64,000 bases of DNA from Eubacteriales bacterium (GTDB lineage Bacteria; Bacillota; Clostridia; Oscillospirales; CAG-272), in contig JAZOML010000016.1 in NCBI GenBank assembly GCA_045653945.1, positions 12,344-76,343 of the forward strand. The letters run 5' to 3'. Within the stretch, counting starts at the first letter, position 1, and every line of letters begins with the position of its first letter. The notes below the pieces were generated by a model. The model did no database searches. It was given only the letters and a program-made list of their open reading frames with translations, and was not told the origin of the DNA. This document shows, piece by piece, positions 9,296 to 18,143 of the stretch. The position numbers and the translations under genes are program-made.

Positions 9296-9307
9296 CTCGG
9301 GACTTTT
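9276..9307. terminator. Bidirectional terminator overlapping the AbrB-like stop
   Basis: AAAAGTCCCGAGT-aaatta-ACTCGGGACTTTT. Confidence 0.8.
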
Positions 9308-9328
9308 AATAACTTGCTTTTATTTAAA

Positions 9329-10384
9329 TTACTCAAAATCAAACGCAACAGGTGCTCCAAGCTCAGCCGACTTAAAGCAAGCAAGCATAACGGCAAGAAC
9401 TCTGCGGCTCTCAACGTGCTTTATAAGCTGCTCCTCTTTGCCGTCGATAGCGGCAGTAAAGTTGCGATAGAAATCGTGAACGTCAGAGGTAGGACGCTCC
9501 TCATCCCAAGTCCTTACGGTTATCTCGTCGCGAGGTGCCATAGTCTTGGTAATACCTGCGGCGGTCTGTACGGGAACAACGTCGCTCTCGTGCCAAGCGA
9601 GGCACTTAACGACCTGCGCCTGCTTGCGCCAGTCCTCTATCATAGCCGAGCCGCCCTTGCACTGCATATAAAAACGGGGGAGTGCGATAAAGTTATATGT
9701 ACCAACCTCAATGTAAGCGCTCTTTCCGCCCTCAAAGTAAAGGTTAAGACGCATACCGTCATCAACCTCATCGGTTGTTATATTGGTAACGTCGCAGGAA
9801 ACCTTGACTATCTTTTCGGGGATAAGCTGAAGCATCTGGTCAATAAGGTGAACACCCCAGTCGAGTATCATACCACCGCCATAGGGCTTGTGGCAACGCC
9901 AGTCGGAGGGAATACCGCGCGAGCCGTGAATTCTCGACTCAATACGGATAACCTCGCCAATTTGACCGTCCTCGATTATCTTCTTCATAGCAAGGAAATC
10001 AACGTCCCAACGTCTGTTTTGATGAACGGTAAAGAGCTTTCCGCTCTTTTTTGATGCCGCAAGCATATTGTCAAGCGACTCCATTGAAAGAGCAACGGGC
10101 TTTTCACAAACAACGTGCTTACCTGCAAGTAAAGCTCTTACAACGATATCCTCGTGAACGTCGTTAGGCGTTGCGCAAACGATAATATCGCACTTAGGGT
10201 CGGAAATAGCCGCCTCAAAGCTTTCGTATGCGTGGATACCTCTGCTTCTTGCAAGCTCCTGCTTTTTTTCATCTATATCGTAAACACCAAGTAGCGAAAC
10301 AACGTCGCTGTTAAGTGCGTGATTTGCGTGCCAGCCACCCTGTCCGCCGTATCCGATAACCGTTATATTCTTTTTCATTGCCAA
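9329..10384 (-). CDS. Gfo/Idh/MocA-family oxidoreductase
   Basis: IGYGGQG, HVVCEKP, HQNRRWD and GGGMILDWGVHLID motifs. Confidence 0.9.
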   Translation of the reverse strand: MAMKKNITVIGYGGQGGWHANHALNSDVVSLLGVYDIDEKKQELARSRGIHAYESFEAAISDPKCDIIVCATPNDVHEDIVVRALLAGKHVVCEKPVALSMESLDNMLAASKKSGKLFTVHQNRRWDVDFLAMKKIIEDGQIGEVIRIESRIHGSRGIPSDWRCHKPYGGGMILDWGVHLIDQMLQLIPEKIVKVSCDVTNITTDEVDDGMRLNLYFEGGKSAYIEVGTYNFIALPRFYMQCKGGSAMIEDWRKQAQVVKCLAWHESDVVPVQTAAGITKTMAPRDEITVRTWDEERPTSDVHDFYRNFTAAIDGKEEQLIKHVESRRVLAVMLACFKSAELGAPVAFDFE

Positions 10385-10538
10385 ATCTCCATTATATGAA
10401 TATTTTATCCTAGTTTAAATAATAATAGCACTTTTTTTCTTCAAATACTATAATCTTATTGCTACAAAATATAAAAAATTTGTCATAAACAATAGTACTT
10501 ATACTATATATAACACTTTATGTTGCTTTTGTCAACCT

Positions 10539-10580
10539 CTTTTCAAAAAAGCTTAACAAAAACTTTCGTCAGGGCTACCG
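10539..10580 (+). repeat. Family A palindromic element, copy 1 (degenerate hairpin; tail abuts the pcrA stop)
   Basis: CTTTTCAAAAAAGCTTAACAAAAACTTTCGTCAGGGCTACCG. Confidence 0.7.
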
Positions 10581-12956
10581 CTACACCCTTTTGATTTTCG
10601 CGTAGCTTCCCATCATCTTTTTCGTTCCGACGGTATCGAAGGCAATCTCGTAAAGCATATCCGTACCCATTTTAGTAACTCCCATTACGATACCGTTACC
10701 AAAAACAGGATGACTTACGCAGTCGCCCACCGCAAACGTTTCCCCTGTACCCTTATGAATGGCAGGCTTTACAGTCGGCTTGCGCCCAAACTCACTTGAT
10801 ATATAATCTCCCGTACCGGAAGACGTACCCTTAGGCACAAATCCCGTACCGCCAAAGCGTGGCTTTTCGGCAGGCTTTTCCACGTCAAGCATTGCAGGCG
10901 GAAGATTTGAAAAGAACGGCGATAGCTTATTATACGAGGTTCTACCGTAAATAAGACGCTCTCTTGTATGCGTTAAGAATAGCCTTTGCTTTGCTCTTGT
11001 TACCGCAACGTAGGCAAGACGTCGTTCCTCCTCCATTTCCACTTGGTCGTAAAGCGACTGCGAGGAAGGAAAAATGCTTTCCTCAAGCGCAGGCAGGAAT
11101 ACGACGGGGAATTCAAGCCCCTTTGCACTGTGAACCGTCATCATTACAACCGCCTCGGCATCGGGGTCGTAGTTGTCAATATCCGCAACAAGCGCCATTT
11201 CCTCAAGGAACGCCGAAAGCGAGGCGTCCTCTCTTTCCTTTGCAAACGCAACGGCGTTTGAGATAAGCTCCTCTGCGTTTTCAAGACGGCTCTTACCCTC
11301 AAGCTCGTCCTGAGCCCTTAGCATATCACGGTATCCGGTAAGAGTTAAAACCTTGTCGATAAGAACGTCAAGCGGCTCTGTTCTCGCAATCTCGCGAAGC
11401 CTTAAAATGAGATTTACAAACTCACCAAGCTTAGTTGAGACCTTTGAAAGCACCGGATACTCCTCGGCGTGTTTCATAACGTCAAACATCGACTTGCCCT
11501 CGGCGTTTGCGATATCGTAAACCGCCCCGACAGTGCTTTCGCCAATCTTACGCTTAGGCTCGTTTATGATACGCATAAGACGTACGTTGTCGGACGTGTT
11601 ATTTATAAGGCAAAGGTAAGCGACGATATCCTTAATTTCCTTACGCTCGTGGAATCGAAGACCGCCGAGCACTCTATAAGGTACGCCGCTCCTTGTAAAT
11701 GCGCTTTCAAGAGAGTTTGAAAGCGCGTTCATACGGTAAAGAATTGCAAAATCGTTAAGCGAACGTCCCTCGGTACGCTTGAACTCAAGAATTTTATCTA
11801 CTATGTATCTTGCCTCGTCATTTTGCGTATCAAGTCTGCGTAGCGAAACGGGTGTACCCACATCACCCGCAGTCCAAAGATTTTTGCCGTGTCGGTTGGT
11901 GTTTTGCTTGATTATCACGTTGGCAAGGTCAAGAATTGACTTGGTAGAGCGGTAATTTTGCTCTAATTTTACCACCTTGGCATCGCTTATTTCTCGGTCA
12001 AAATTAAGGATATTTTCAATATCCGCGCCTCTGAATCGGTAAATACTCTGGTCATCATCGCCAACAACCATAAGATTTCTATGCTTTGCGGAAATGAGCG
12101 ACGTGAGTACAAACTGTGCGTGGTTGGTGTCCTGATACTCATCAACGCAAACGTACCTGAACTTATTCTGACAGTATTCAAGTGCGTCGTTGTCCTCACG
12201 GAGCAGGCGTACCGTTTGCATAATTATATCGTCAAAGTCAACAGCGTTACTTGCCGTAAGTCTTTTTTGGTACTCACGGTAAAAATCCGCCATTTTCTTT
12301 TCTCGGAAGTCCTTTGCCTCAAAGGTTACGTCATAAGGCGTCAGCAGTCTGTCCTTTGCGTGGCTTATAAAGCCCTGCACCACCTTTGCGGGGAACATTT
12401 TTTCGTCGCCGCCCATATCCTTGATAACGGTGGTTATCAGCTTTTTGCTGTCATCGGCATCGTAAATGGTGAATTCCTTTCCGTATCCAATCCTATCACC
12501 ATATCTACGGAGTAGCTTTACACAAATCGAGTGAAACGTGCCTGCCCAAATAGCGACAGCCTCTTCCCCGACCTTCTTTTCGAGTCGGGTTTTCATCTCG
12601 TTTGCCGCCTTGTTGGTAAAGGTTATTGAAAGAATATTCCACGCTCTTACTCTATCCTCGGAGTATTTTTCAAGGAGTTTTTCAGCATCCTCTTTAGGTA
12701 AATTAATTGCGTTTTCAAGCTCCGCTATATCCGCCTCGCTCACCCACGCAGGCATACGCTCCGAAAAATATGCGTTGCCGTATCTTATCATATACCCTAT
12801 GCGGTTGACAAGCACTGTGGTTTTTCCGCTACCCGCACCCGCAAGAATAAGCAAAGGACCGTTTACAGTATAAACGGCTTCCCTTTGCTTTTCGTTTAAA
12901 TGGTCAAAAATTCTGTCAAATAAAGCCCTTTTGGCTTTTAAAAATCTTTCTTTCAC
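10581..12956 (-). CDS. pcrA: ATP-dependent DNA helicase PcrA (UvrD/Rep family)
   Basis: AGAGSGKT, ITFTNKAA, VDEYQDTN, VGDDDQSIY, LEQNYRST, MTVHSAKGLEF, EEERRLAYVAVTRA; Tudor-like C-terminus. Confidence 0.95.
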   Translation of the reverse strand: MKERFLKAKRALFDRIFDHLNEKQREAVYTVNGPLLILAGAGSGKTTVLVNRIGYMIRYGNAYFSERMPAWVSEADIAELENAINLPKEDAEKLLEKYSEDRVRAWNILSITFTNKAANEMKTRLEKKVGEEAVAIWAGTFHSICVKLLRRYGDRIGYGKEFTIYDADDSKKLITTVIKDMGGDEKMFPAKVVQGFISHAKDRLLTPYDVTFEAKDFREKKMADFYREYQKRLTASNAVDFDDIIMQTVRLLREDNDALEYCQNKFRYVCVDEYQDTNHAQFVLTSLISAKHRNLMVVGDDDQSIYRFRGADIENILNFDREISDAKVVKLEQNYRSTKSILDLANVIIKQNTNRHGKNLWTAGDVGTPVSLRRLDTQNDEARYIVDKILEFKRTEGRSLNDFAILYRMNALSNSLESAFTRSGVPYRVLGGLRFHERKEIKDIVAYLCLINNTSDNVRLMRIINEPKRKIGESTVGAVYDIANAEGKSMFDVMKHAEEYPVLSKVSTKLGEFVNLILRLREIARTEPLDVLIDKVLTLTGYRDMLRAQDELEGKSRLENAEELISNAVAFAKEREDASLSAFLEEMALVADIDNYDPDAEAVVMMTVHSAKGLEFPVVFLPALEESIFPSSQSLYDQVEMEEERRLAYVAVTRAKQRLFLTHTRERLIYGRTSYNKLSPFFSNLPPAMLDVEKPAEKPRFGGTGFVPKGTSSGTGDYISSEFGRKPTVKPAIHKGTGETFAVGDCVSHPVFGNGIVMGVTKMGTDMLYEIAFDTVGTKKMMGSYAKIKRV

Positions 12957-13002
12957 GCTTTTTGTAAAAAGCTTAGCAAAAACTTCCCTTACGGGCTACC
13001 GC
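12957..13002 (+). repeat. Family A copy 2 (hairpin abuts the pcrA GTG)
   Basis: GCTTTTT-gt-AAAAAGC-TTAGCAAAAACTT-CCCTTACGGGCTACCGC. Confidence 0.8.
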
Positions 13003-13123
13003 TCGTGCATCGTTCCGATTTTTGCGTAAGCTTGTGCTTTCCTTTTGCTTTTTATGATTTAAAATTCACTGTTGGCTTCAAATAGCGATGTCAACCCTGT
13101 TTGCAGAAAAGTCCGCATCGCCG

Positions 13124-13149
13124 TTTGCCTGCAGGCGCGCGCCTGCTTA
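13124..13149 (-). repeat. Family B stop-codon hairpin, copy 1 (recR)
   Basis: Minus strand TAA-GCAGGC-gcgc-GCCTGC-AGGCAAA. Confidence 0.8.
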
Positions 13150-13746
13150 GAAGTCCCGTCTACCCTCAATAGCACGAAGAAGTGTGAGCTTATCCGCATA
13201 TTCAATATCCGCGCCGACGGGTATACCGTAGGCAAGGCGGGTAATCTTTACGCCCGTAGGCTTGATAACTCGGCTGACGTACATAGCGGTAGTTTCCCCC
13301 TCAACGGTAGCGCCCGTAGCTATCATTACCTCCTCAGCGCCGATTTTCTTGATACGCTCGGGAAGTGTCATTATGTTGAGGTCCTGCACACCCTTACCGC
13401 CCTTTGGCGAGATAACTCCGCCAAGCACGTGGTATACTCCGCTATATTCCTTGATTTTTTCAAAGGAATTGACTGCGCGGCTGTCCTCAACCACACAAAT
13501 TATCTTTTTATCTCTGCTCTCGTCCGAGCAAATCGGACAAAGCGCTCCTGCGGTAATATTTCCGCACTCAGGGCAGGCGTGAATCGTTTTTTTAGCGTTA
13601 TCTATTGAAGATAGGAAGGCTGCAACCTCTGCTTCTCCCATATCAAGTACGCCAAATGCCATACGCTCCGCACTTTTTCTGCCTACACCGGGCAAACGGC
13701 GAAACGCCTCTATCATAACCTCAAGAGGTGCAATAAATTCACTCAT
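13147..13746 (-). CDS. recR: Recombination protein RecR
   Basis: LPGVGRKSAER HhH, C4 zinc finger (CPECGNIT..CPIC), YHVLGG, TOPRIM EGETTA, RLAYGIPVG. Confidence 0.95.
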   Translation of the reverse strand: MSEFIAPLEVMIEAFRRLPGVGRKSAERMAFGVLDMGEAEVAAFLSSIDNAKKTIHACPECGNITAGALCPICSDESRDKKIICVVEDSRAVNSFEKIKEYSGVYHVLGGVISPKGGKGVQDLNIMTLPERIKKIGAEEVMIATGATVEGETTAMYVSRVIKPTGVKITRLAYGIPVGADIEYADKLTLLRAIEGRRDF

Positions 13747-13751
13747 AGTTA

Positions 13752-14120
13752 TTAAAACATACCGGGCATTCCGGGAATACCAAGACCGCCCATCATACCG
13801 CCAAGACCACCGGTAACCTTACCCATTTGCTCAGCCGCATCGTCCTCAACCGTCTTAATTGCCTCGTTTACCGCCGCAACGATGATATCGGAAAGTGTTT
13901 CGATATCATCGGGGTCAACTATTTCAGGAGCTATGTCGATAGATACAACCTGCTTTTTGCCGTTCATTTTTACGGTTACAACACCGCCGCCTGCCTTGAC
14001 CTCGTATTCCTTAGCCTCAAGCTCAGCCTGTACGCGAGCCATATCCTCCTGCATTTTCTTAATCATTCCCTGCATATTTGCAGGGCCGCCTCTGTATTCG
14101 TTTGGAATTCTTGCTTTCAT
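13752..14120 (-). CDS. ybaB: YbaB/EbfC nucleoid-associated protein
   Basis: GGGVVTVKMNG, DIETLSDIIVAAVNEA; conserved dnaX-ybaB-recR order. Confidence 0.92.
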   Translation of the reverse strand: MKARIPNEYRGGPANMQGMIKKMQEDMARVQAELEAKEYEVKAGGGVVTVKMNGKKQVVSIDIAPEIVDPDDIETLSDIIVAAVNEAIKTVEDDAAEQMGKVTGGLGGMMGGLGIPGMPGMF

Positions 14121-14160
14121 TTCGGTCCTATCCTTTCAGTATAGTTTTATAGGTAAATTA

Positions 14161-15750
14161 TTAATTATCGTCAATGTCATCAAGGTCATCAAGAGGACTT
14201 CTTTCCTCTTTGTTTTTGCTTCCGTTTTCTACGAAATCAATCTTGTCCGCAGCTATCGGTGCTGCCGCAAAGGTTACGGAAAGATTAGCAATCAACGCCT
14301 TGGTTTGCGGAGTGTCAAGCATATCCTTTGCCATAGCCCCGTCAACTCTTATAACGAGCCGTCCGTTCATTTCATAAGCTCTTGAAACCTTCATAAACGG
14401 TGCGAGCGCAGGATTGGTGTCCCCCACTTTTTTTACCGCCTCTGCCCACCAAGGCGCTTGCTTGGGCGCACTCCTTACCGATATGTCGCTGCTCGGCTTA
14501 ATCGGCTCAACGGGTGGAGGCGTTACCGCTTTTTTATAGGATACGGTAGTCGACACACTCGGCGTTGCAGCTGCGCTTAAAGGCGGCGTAACAGACACTG
14601 TGCCGCCCACTATTCGCTCTTCAAGAGCCGTTATTCTCGCCGCAAGTCCCTGTACCCCGGTATCAAGCTTATCATCGCACATTTTGAGCAGCGCCATCTC
14701 AGCGCAAAGCCTCTTACTTGCGCCGACTCTGAGCATATTCGTATGAGCCTCCTCAAGTATGGCGCAGTGTCGCATAAGCGTTGCGCCGTTAAAGGACGAG
14801 GTAAGCGTCTTTATCATTTCATATTCCTCGCCCGTAAGGTCGAGATAGCTTTCAGGAGTCTTTGCAGTCCTGAAAACAAGCATATCACGGTAAAAATCGG
14901 TAAGCTCCTGCCAGAATACTGTCATTTCGGTAGCTGATGAAACGATTTTAGCAACGATATCAAACAACTTGTCCGTATCCTTATCCTTAATCGCCTGCAC
15001 AACCTCAGCCGACTTTTCACGCCCGATTGCACCCGTTATAGCCTTGACCGTGTCAAGAGTTACGGTGCTTCCGTCGCCTGCACAAAGCTCAAGAAGACTG
15101 ATAGCATCACGCATACCGCCCTGAGCCATTCGTGCAATAACTTTTGCCGCCGCAGGCTCGGTTTTTATCCCCTCTTGCTCGGAAATATAAAGAAGCCTGT
15201 TTGCAATAACCTCTGCGGAAATACGGCGGAATTCAAATTTTTGGCAACGGGAAAGTATGGTCGATGGTATCTTTTGCTGCTCGGTTGTCGCCAGAATAAA
15301 TACTACTCTTGCCGGCGGCTCTTCAAGCGTTTTAAGTAGCGCATTGAAGGCACTTTGCGTAAGCATATGAACCTCGTCTATTATGTAAACTCGGTTTTTG
15401 AGCATCGAGGGGGCGTACATTACCTCCTCACGTATATCTCTAATGTAGTCAACACCCGTATTAGATGCGGCGTCCATTTCAATAACGTCGGTAGTACGCT
15501 CCTCATCTATTGCACGACAAGCATCACACTTGCCGCAGGGACTTCCGTCTACCGGTGCAAGGCAGTTTACCGCCTTAGCGAGCAGCTTTGCGCAGGTGGT
15601 CTTACCCGTACCGCGTGAGCCGCAAAACAAGTATGCGTGAGAGCATCTATCGTTCTTTACCTCATACTTAAGCACAGAGGTTATATGCTCCTGACCGCAG
15701 ACAGAATCAAAATCCTTCGGTCTCCATTTACGATATAGTGCTTGATACAT
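14161..15750 (-). CDS. dnaX: DNA polymerase III subunit gamma/tau
   Basis: ALYRKWRPKDF, GSRGTGKT, EMDAASN, IIDEVHML, NALLKTLEEP, SRCQ. Confidence 0.95.
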   Translation of the reverse strand: MYQALYRKWRPKDFDSVCGQEHITSVLKYEVKNDRCSHAYLFCGSRGTGKTTCAKLLAKAVNCLAPVDGSPCGKCDACRAIDEERTTDVIEMDAASNTGVDYIRDIREEVMYAPSMLKNRVYIIDEVHMLTQSAFNALLKTLEEPPARVVFILATTEQQKIPSTILSRCQKFEFRRISAEVIANRLLYISEQEGIKTEPAAAKVIARMAQGGMRDAISLLELCAGDGSTVTLDTVKAITGAIGREKSAEVVQAIKDKDTDKLFDIVAKIVSSATEMTVFWQELTDFYRDMLVFRTAKTPESYLDLTGEEYEMIKTLTSSFNGATLMRHCAILEEAHTNMLRVGASKRLCAEMALLKMCDDKLDTGVQGLAARITALEERIVGGTVSVTPPLSAAATPSVSTTVSYKKAVTPPPVEPIKPSSDISVRSAPKQAPWWAEAVKKVGDTNPALAPFMKVSRAYEMNGRLVIRVDGAMAKDMLDTPQTKALIANLSVTFAAAPIAADKIDFVENGSKNKEERSPLDDLDDIDDN

Positions 15751-15796
15751 AGTTTATCCCCCTATATAGTTTCCTGATTTGAACAGGGATATGGTC

Positions 15797-15896
15797 GCTT
15801 TTTGAAAAAAGCTTAGCAAAAACTTCTTTTACACCGTTGCCATAGACTTTTTTGTAGATTTTACACCTGTTTTTTATCTATGGCAACGGTGTAAAA
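15797..15896 (+). repeat. Family A copy 3 with a perfect 20-bp inverted repeat as its tail
   Basis: GCTTTTT-ga-AAAAAGC-TTAGCAAAAACTTC, then TTTTACACCGTTGCCATAGA (15827-15846) / TCTATGGCAACGGTGTAAAA (15877-15896). Confidence 0.85.
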
Positions 15897-15974
15897 TATC
15901 TTTCTTTAAAGCCTTCAAAGAGCCCCCGTCAAAGCAGCAAACATCTTGAAAGCTGAAATACAGTAAATTAAATA

Positions 15975-16303
15975 GCGACGAAGTGAGCAAAGCGATGCTT
16001 TATTTGACATAAAGCGAGCCGCTCACAAGGATGAAACGAAGTATTACACGTTTTTGCAAAGATATAATCTGCCGAAGAAAAATTGCGTAAGACTAGGCGC
16101 GACGAAGCGAGCAAAGCGAAGCTTTATTTGACATAAAGCGAGCTGCTCACAAGGATAAAACGACGTATTACACATTTTGCAAAGACATAGTCTGCCGAAG
16201 AAAAATTGTGTAAGACTAGGCGCGACGACGCGAGCAAAGTGAAGCTTTATTTGACATAAAGCGAGCTGCTCGCAAGGATGAAACGACGTATTACACGATT
16301 TTT
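15975..16303. repeat. Tandem array of ~123-124 bp units, about 2.7 copies
   Basis: Units start at 15975, 16099 and 16222 (GCGACGAAGYGAGCAAAGCGAAGCTTTATTTGACATAAAGCGAGC...); internal hairpin GCTTTAT-ttgac-ATAAAGC. Confidence 0.9.
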
Positions 16304-16339
16304 CAAAAGCAGAAGGCAAGATACGGGATACGGCCATAC

Positions 16340-16594
16340 ACCTCACTCCGAACACGATTATATACACGGTAACCACGGTTCACGCTCGGAACAGGCACTC
16401 TCGTGGCACATCAAACATACCCCTTAATGCTGCTCGGTGCGCCCGCCTGACATGGTTCGAGGCCATTGATTGCACAAGACCCATTCGTCAACACGATTCC
16501 ACATAGTGCAGACTGCACATAATCGGCCCTCGGATCGGAAACCACCCCTACTGTAGCGGATTGTAGGTTACAGGGCACCGCTAGTTCCCCGGCC
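16340..16594 (-). ncRNA. ffs: Large (Bacillus/Clostridium-type) SRP RNA; ends approximate
   Basis: Alu domain GGGGAACTAGCGGTGCCCTGTAACCTACAATCCGCTACAGTAGGG and helix 8 GAACCATGTCAGG...AGCAGCATTAAG. Sits upstream of dnaX, like scr in B. subtilis. Confidence 0.88.
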
Positions 16595-16630
16595 GGTATG
16601 ACCTTATTCCGTATCTTGCCTTGCTTATAT

Positions 16631-16659
16631 ATTATAACCTAATATAAATTATTTTGCAA
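16631..16659 (-). promoter_or_regulatory. Sigma-A promoter of the SRP RNA
   Basis: TTGCAA-17 nt-TATAAT, predicting a start near 16624. Confidence 0.75.
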
Positions 16660-16825
16660 TACTTTTTTACAATGTTTTCAATTTTTTAACCTTTTTGTGC
16701 TTCCAAGATGCCAAAATTTCAAAAAAACACCTCACGTCCCCCTTGTATCATCTGAAAACACCTATATTTTCGCACAAATCAAGGCTTGAATATTGTAACA
16801 TTTTTTGAAATAATACAAATTCCTC

Positions 16826-16854
16826 TTGAAAGTCAGACGTATATGTTATATAAT
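16826..16854 (+). promoter_or_regulatory. Sigma-A promoter of the deaminase-tsaD operon
   Basis: TTGAAA-17 nt-TATAAT. Confidence 0.6.
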
Positions 16855-16894
16855 ATATTTAACTTTTTCAAAGTATTACATAGGAGTTTAAAAT

Positions 16895-17383
16895 ATGGAA
16901 AGAGTGTCTAAGGAAAACTACTATCTTGATATAGCGCAAACCGTTGCAACGAGAAGCACCTGCTTGCGCAAGTCATTTGGCGCAATAATCGTCAAAAATG
17001 ACACCATAATTTCAACGGGTTACAACGGCGCTCCCAGAGGACGCCTCAACTGCTCGGATATTGGCAAATGTATCAGAGATGAGCTCAATATTCCGCGCGG
17101 CGAAAGATACGAGCTCTGCCGCTCAGTACACGCAGAGGCTAACGCAATTATAGCCGCATCGAGAGAAAATATGCTCGGTTCAACCCTATATATGGCTTGT
17201 CTTGATTCTAAAACGGGTGAGCTTGTACCAAACACCTGCTCCTGCGCTATGTGTAAAAAGCTAATCCTCAACGCAGGAATTGAAAAGGTTGTTATCCGCA
17301 ATACAAATACGGACTATTTAACTGTTCGCGTTCGCGATTGGCTCGAGGACGACGATAGCCTTGAGGGCAGACGCGGTTATTAA
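16895..17383 (+). CDS. dCMP deaminase-family protein (ComEB-like)
   Basis: RSTCLR, TGYNGAPRG, HAEANA and PxxxC-like TCSCAMC zinc ligands. Confidence 0.85.
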   Translation: MERVSKENYYLDIAQTVATRSTCLRKSFGAIIVKNDTIISTGYNGAPRGRLNCSDIGKCIRDELNIPRGERYELCRSVHAEANAIIAASRENMLGSTLYMACLDSKTGELVPNTCSCAMCKKLILNAGIEKVVIRNTNTDYLTVRVRDWLEDDDSLEGRRGY

Positions 17384-17402
17384 ATTTTGAACGGAGCTGA
17401 AA

Positions 17403-18134
17403 ATGGCAAAAAATAAAGTCAACACTATATTTTCCAATGATAAGCCCCCAAAAAGCAGGACGGGACTTCTAAAATTCTTAGCATTTGTCCTTGCGGTAAC
17501 GATAATCGTGCTATCTGCGGTACTAATCTCGGAGATATTCGGCACTGAGCACCTCGTTTCAAAGAACGGCGGCGCAACAATGATAGATTCTCGCAACGAG
17601 GTTACCTATAATCTACTGCTTCCCTGTCCTTATTGGGTAAACCTTGATATAAGCAAGCCATACGCAGAATGCGGAGATACGTTATTTTACAAGATTATTT
17701 ACGTCGATACCGACGGTGAAAACAAACACGTTGATCCGCTTAAAATGATTGCTACGGTAGATGACCTTGGCATAGTAGACGTTTATCTTGCTCAAGGCTT
17801 TACACTTCCTACTTTAAGAGAAATGAACCCCGACGCGGGCTTTATTTACTACGTCGGAGCTAAGGAAGTACCTGCGGGAGTTTTAACCAAGGAGCACTCA
17901 AAAACGGTAACCGACCTTATTTTAGACAAAGAAGGCTCGGTTTACCCTTCAAATATCAATCCATCTTCAAGACGAAATATCTACCTGTCCAGCGTAAACT
18001 ACATTTACATTAGATACACCGTTGAATTTTTCGTTACCGAGGACGGCGAAATGTATCTACAAGACCCCATAACGAGAAAATGCGTTAAAGCCACCGCCGA
18101 GCTGACCGAAATTTTTGGAAGCTCAAAGCAATAA
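17403..18134 (+). CDS. Hypothetical membrane-anchored protein
   Basis: 243-aa ORF, RBS GGAG, one N-terminal TM helix (FLAFVLAVTIIVLSAVLI); no recognisable domain. Confidence 0.7.
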   Translation: MAKNKVNTIFSNDKPPKSRTGLLKFLAFVLAVTIIVLSAVLISEIFGTEHLVSKNGGATMIDSRNEVTYNLLLPCPYWVNLDISKPYAECGDTLFYKIIYVDTDGENKHVDPLKMIATVDDLGIVDVYLAQGFTLPTLREMNPDAGFIYYVGAKEVPAGVLTKEHSKTVTDLILDKEGSVYPSNINPSSRRNIYLSSVNYIYIRYTVEFFVTEDGEMYLQDPITRKCVKATAELTEIFGSSKQ

Positions 18135-18143
18135 AAGGGAGCT

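Noticed and set aside
14428-14434. A_AAA_AAA slippery site in dnaX at a position comparable to the E. coli tau/gamma frameshift
   Set aside because: No convincing downstream stem, SD-like spacing unsuitable for -1 shifting, and A7 runs are common here. Would need ribosome profiling.
15975-16303. CRISPR array
   Set aside because: Whole units repeat with no unique spacers, the unit is far too long, and there are no cas genes.
16044-16376. 110-aa minus-strand ORF with an internal repeat
   Set aside because: A translation of the tandem repeat and SRP trailer; no RBS and atypical composition.
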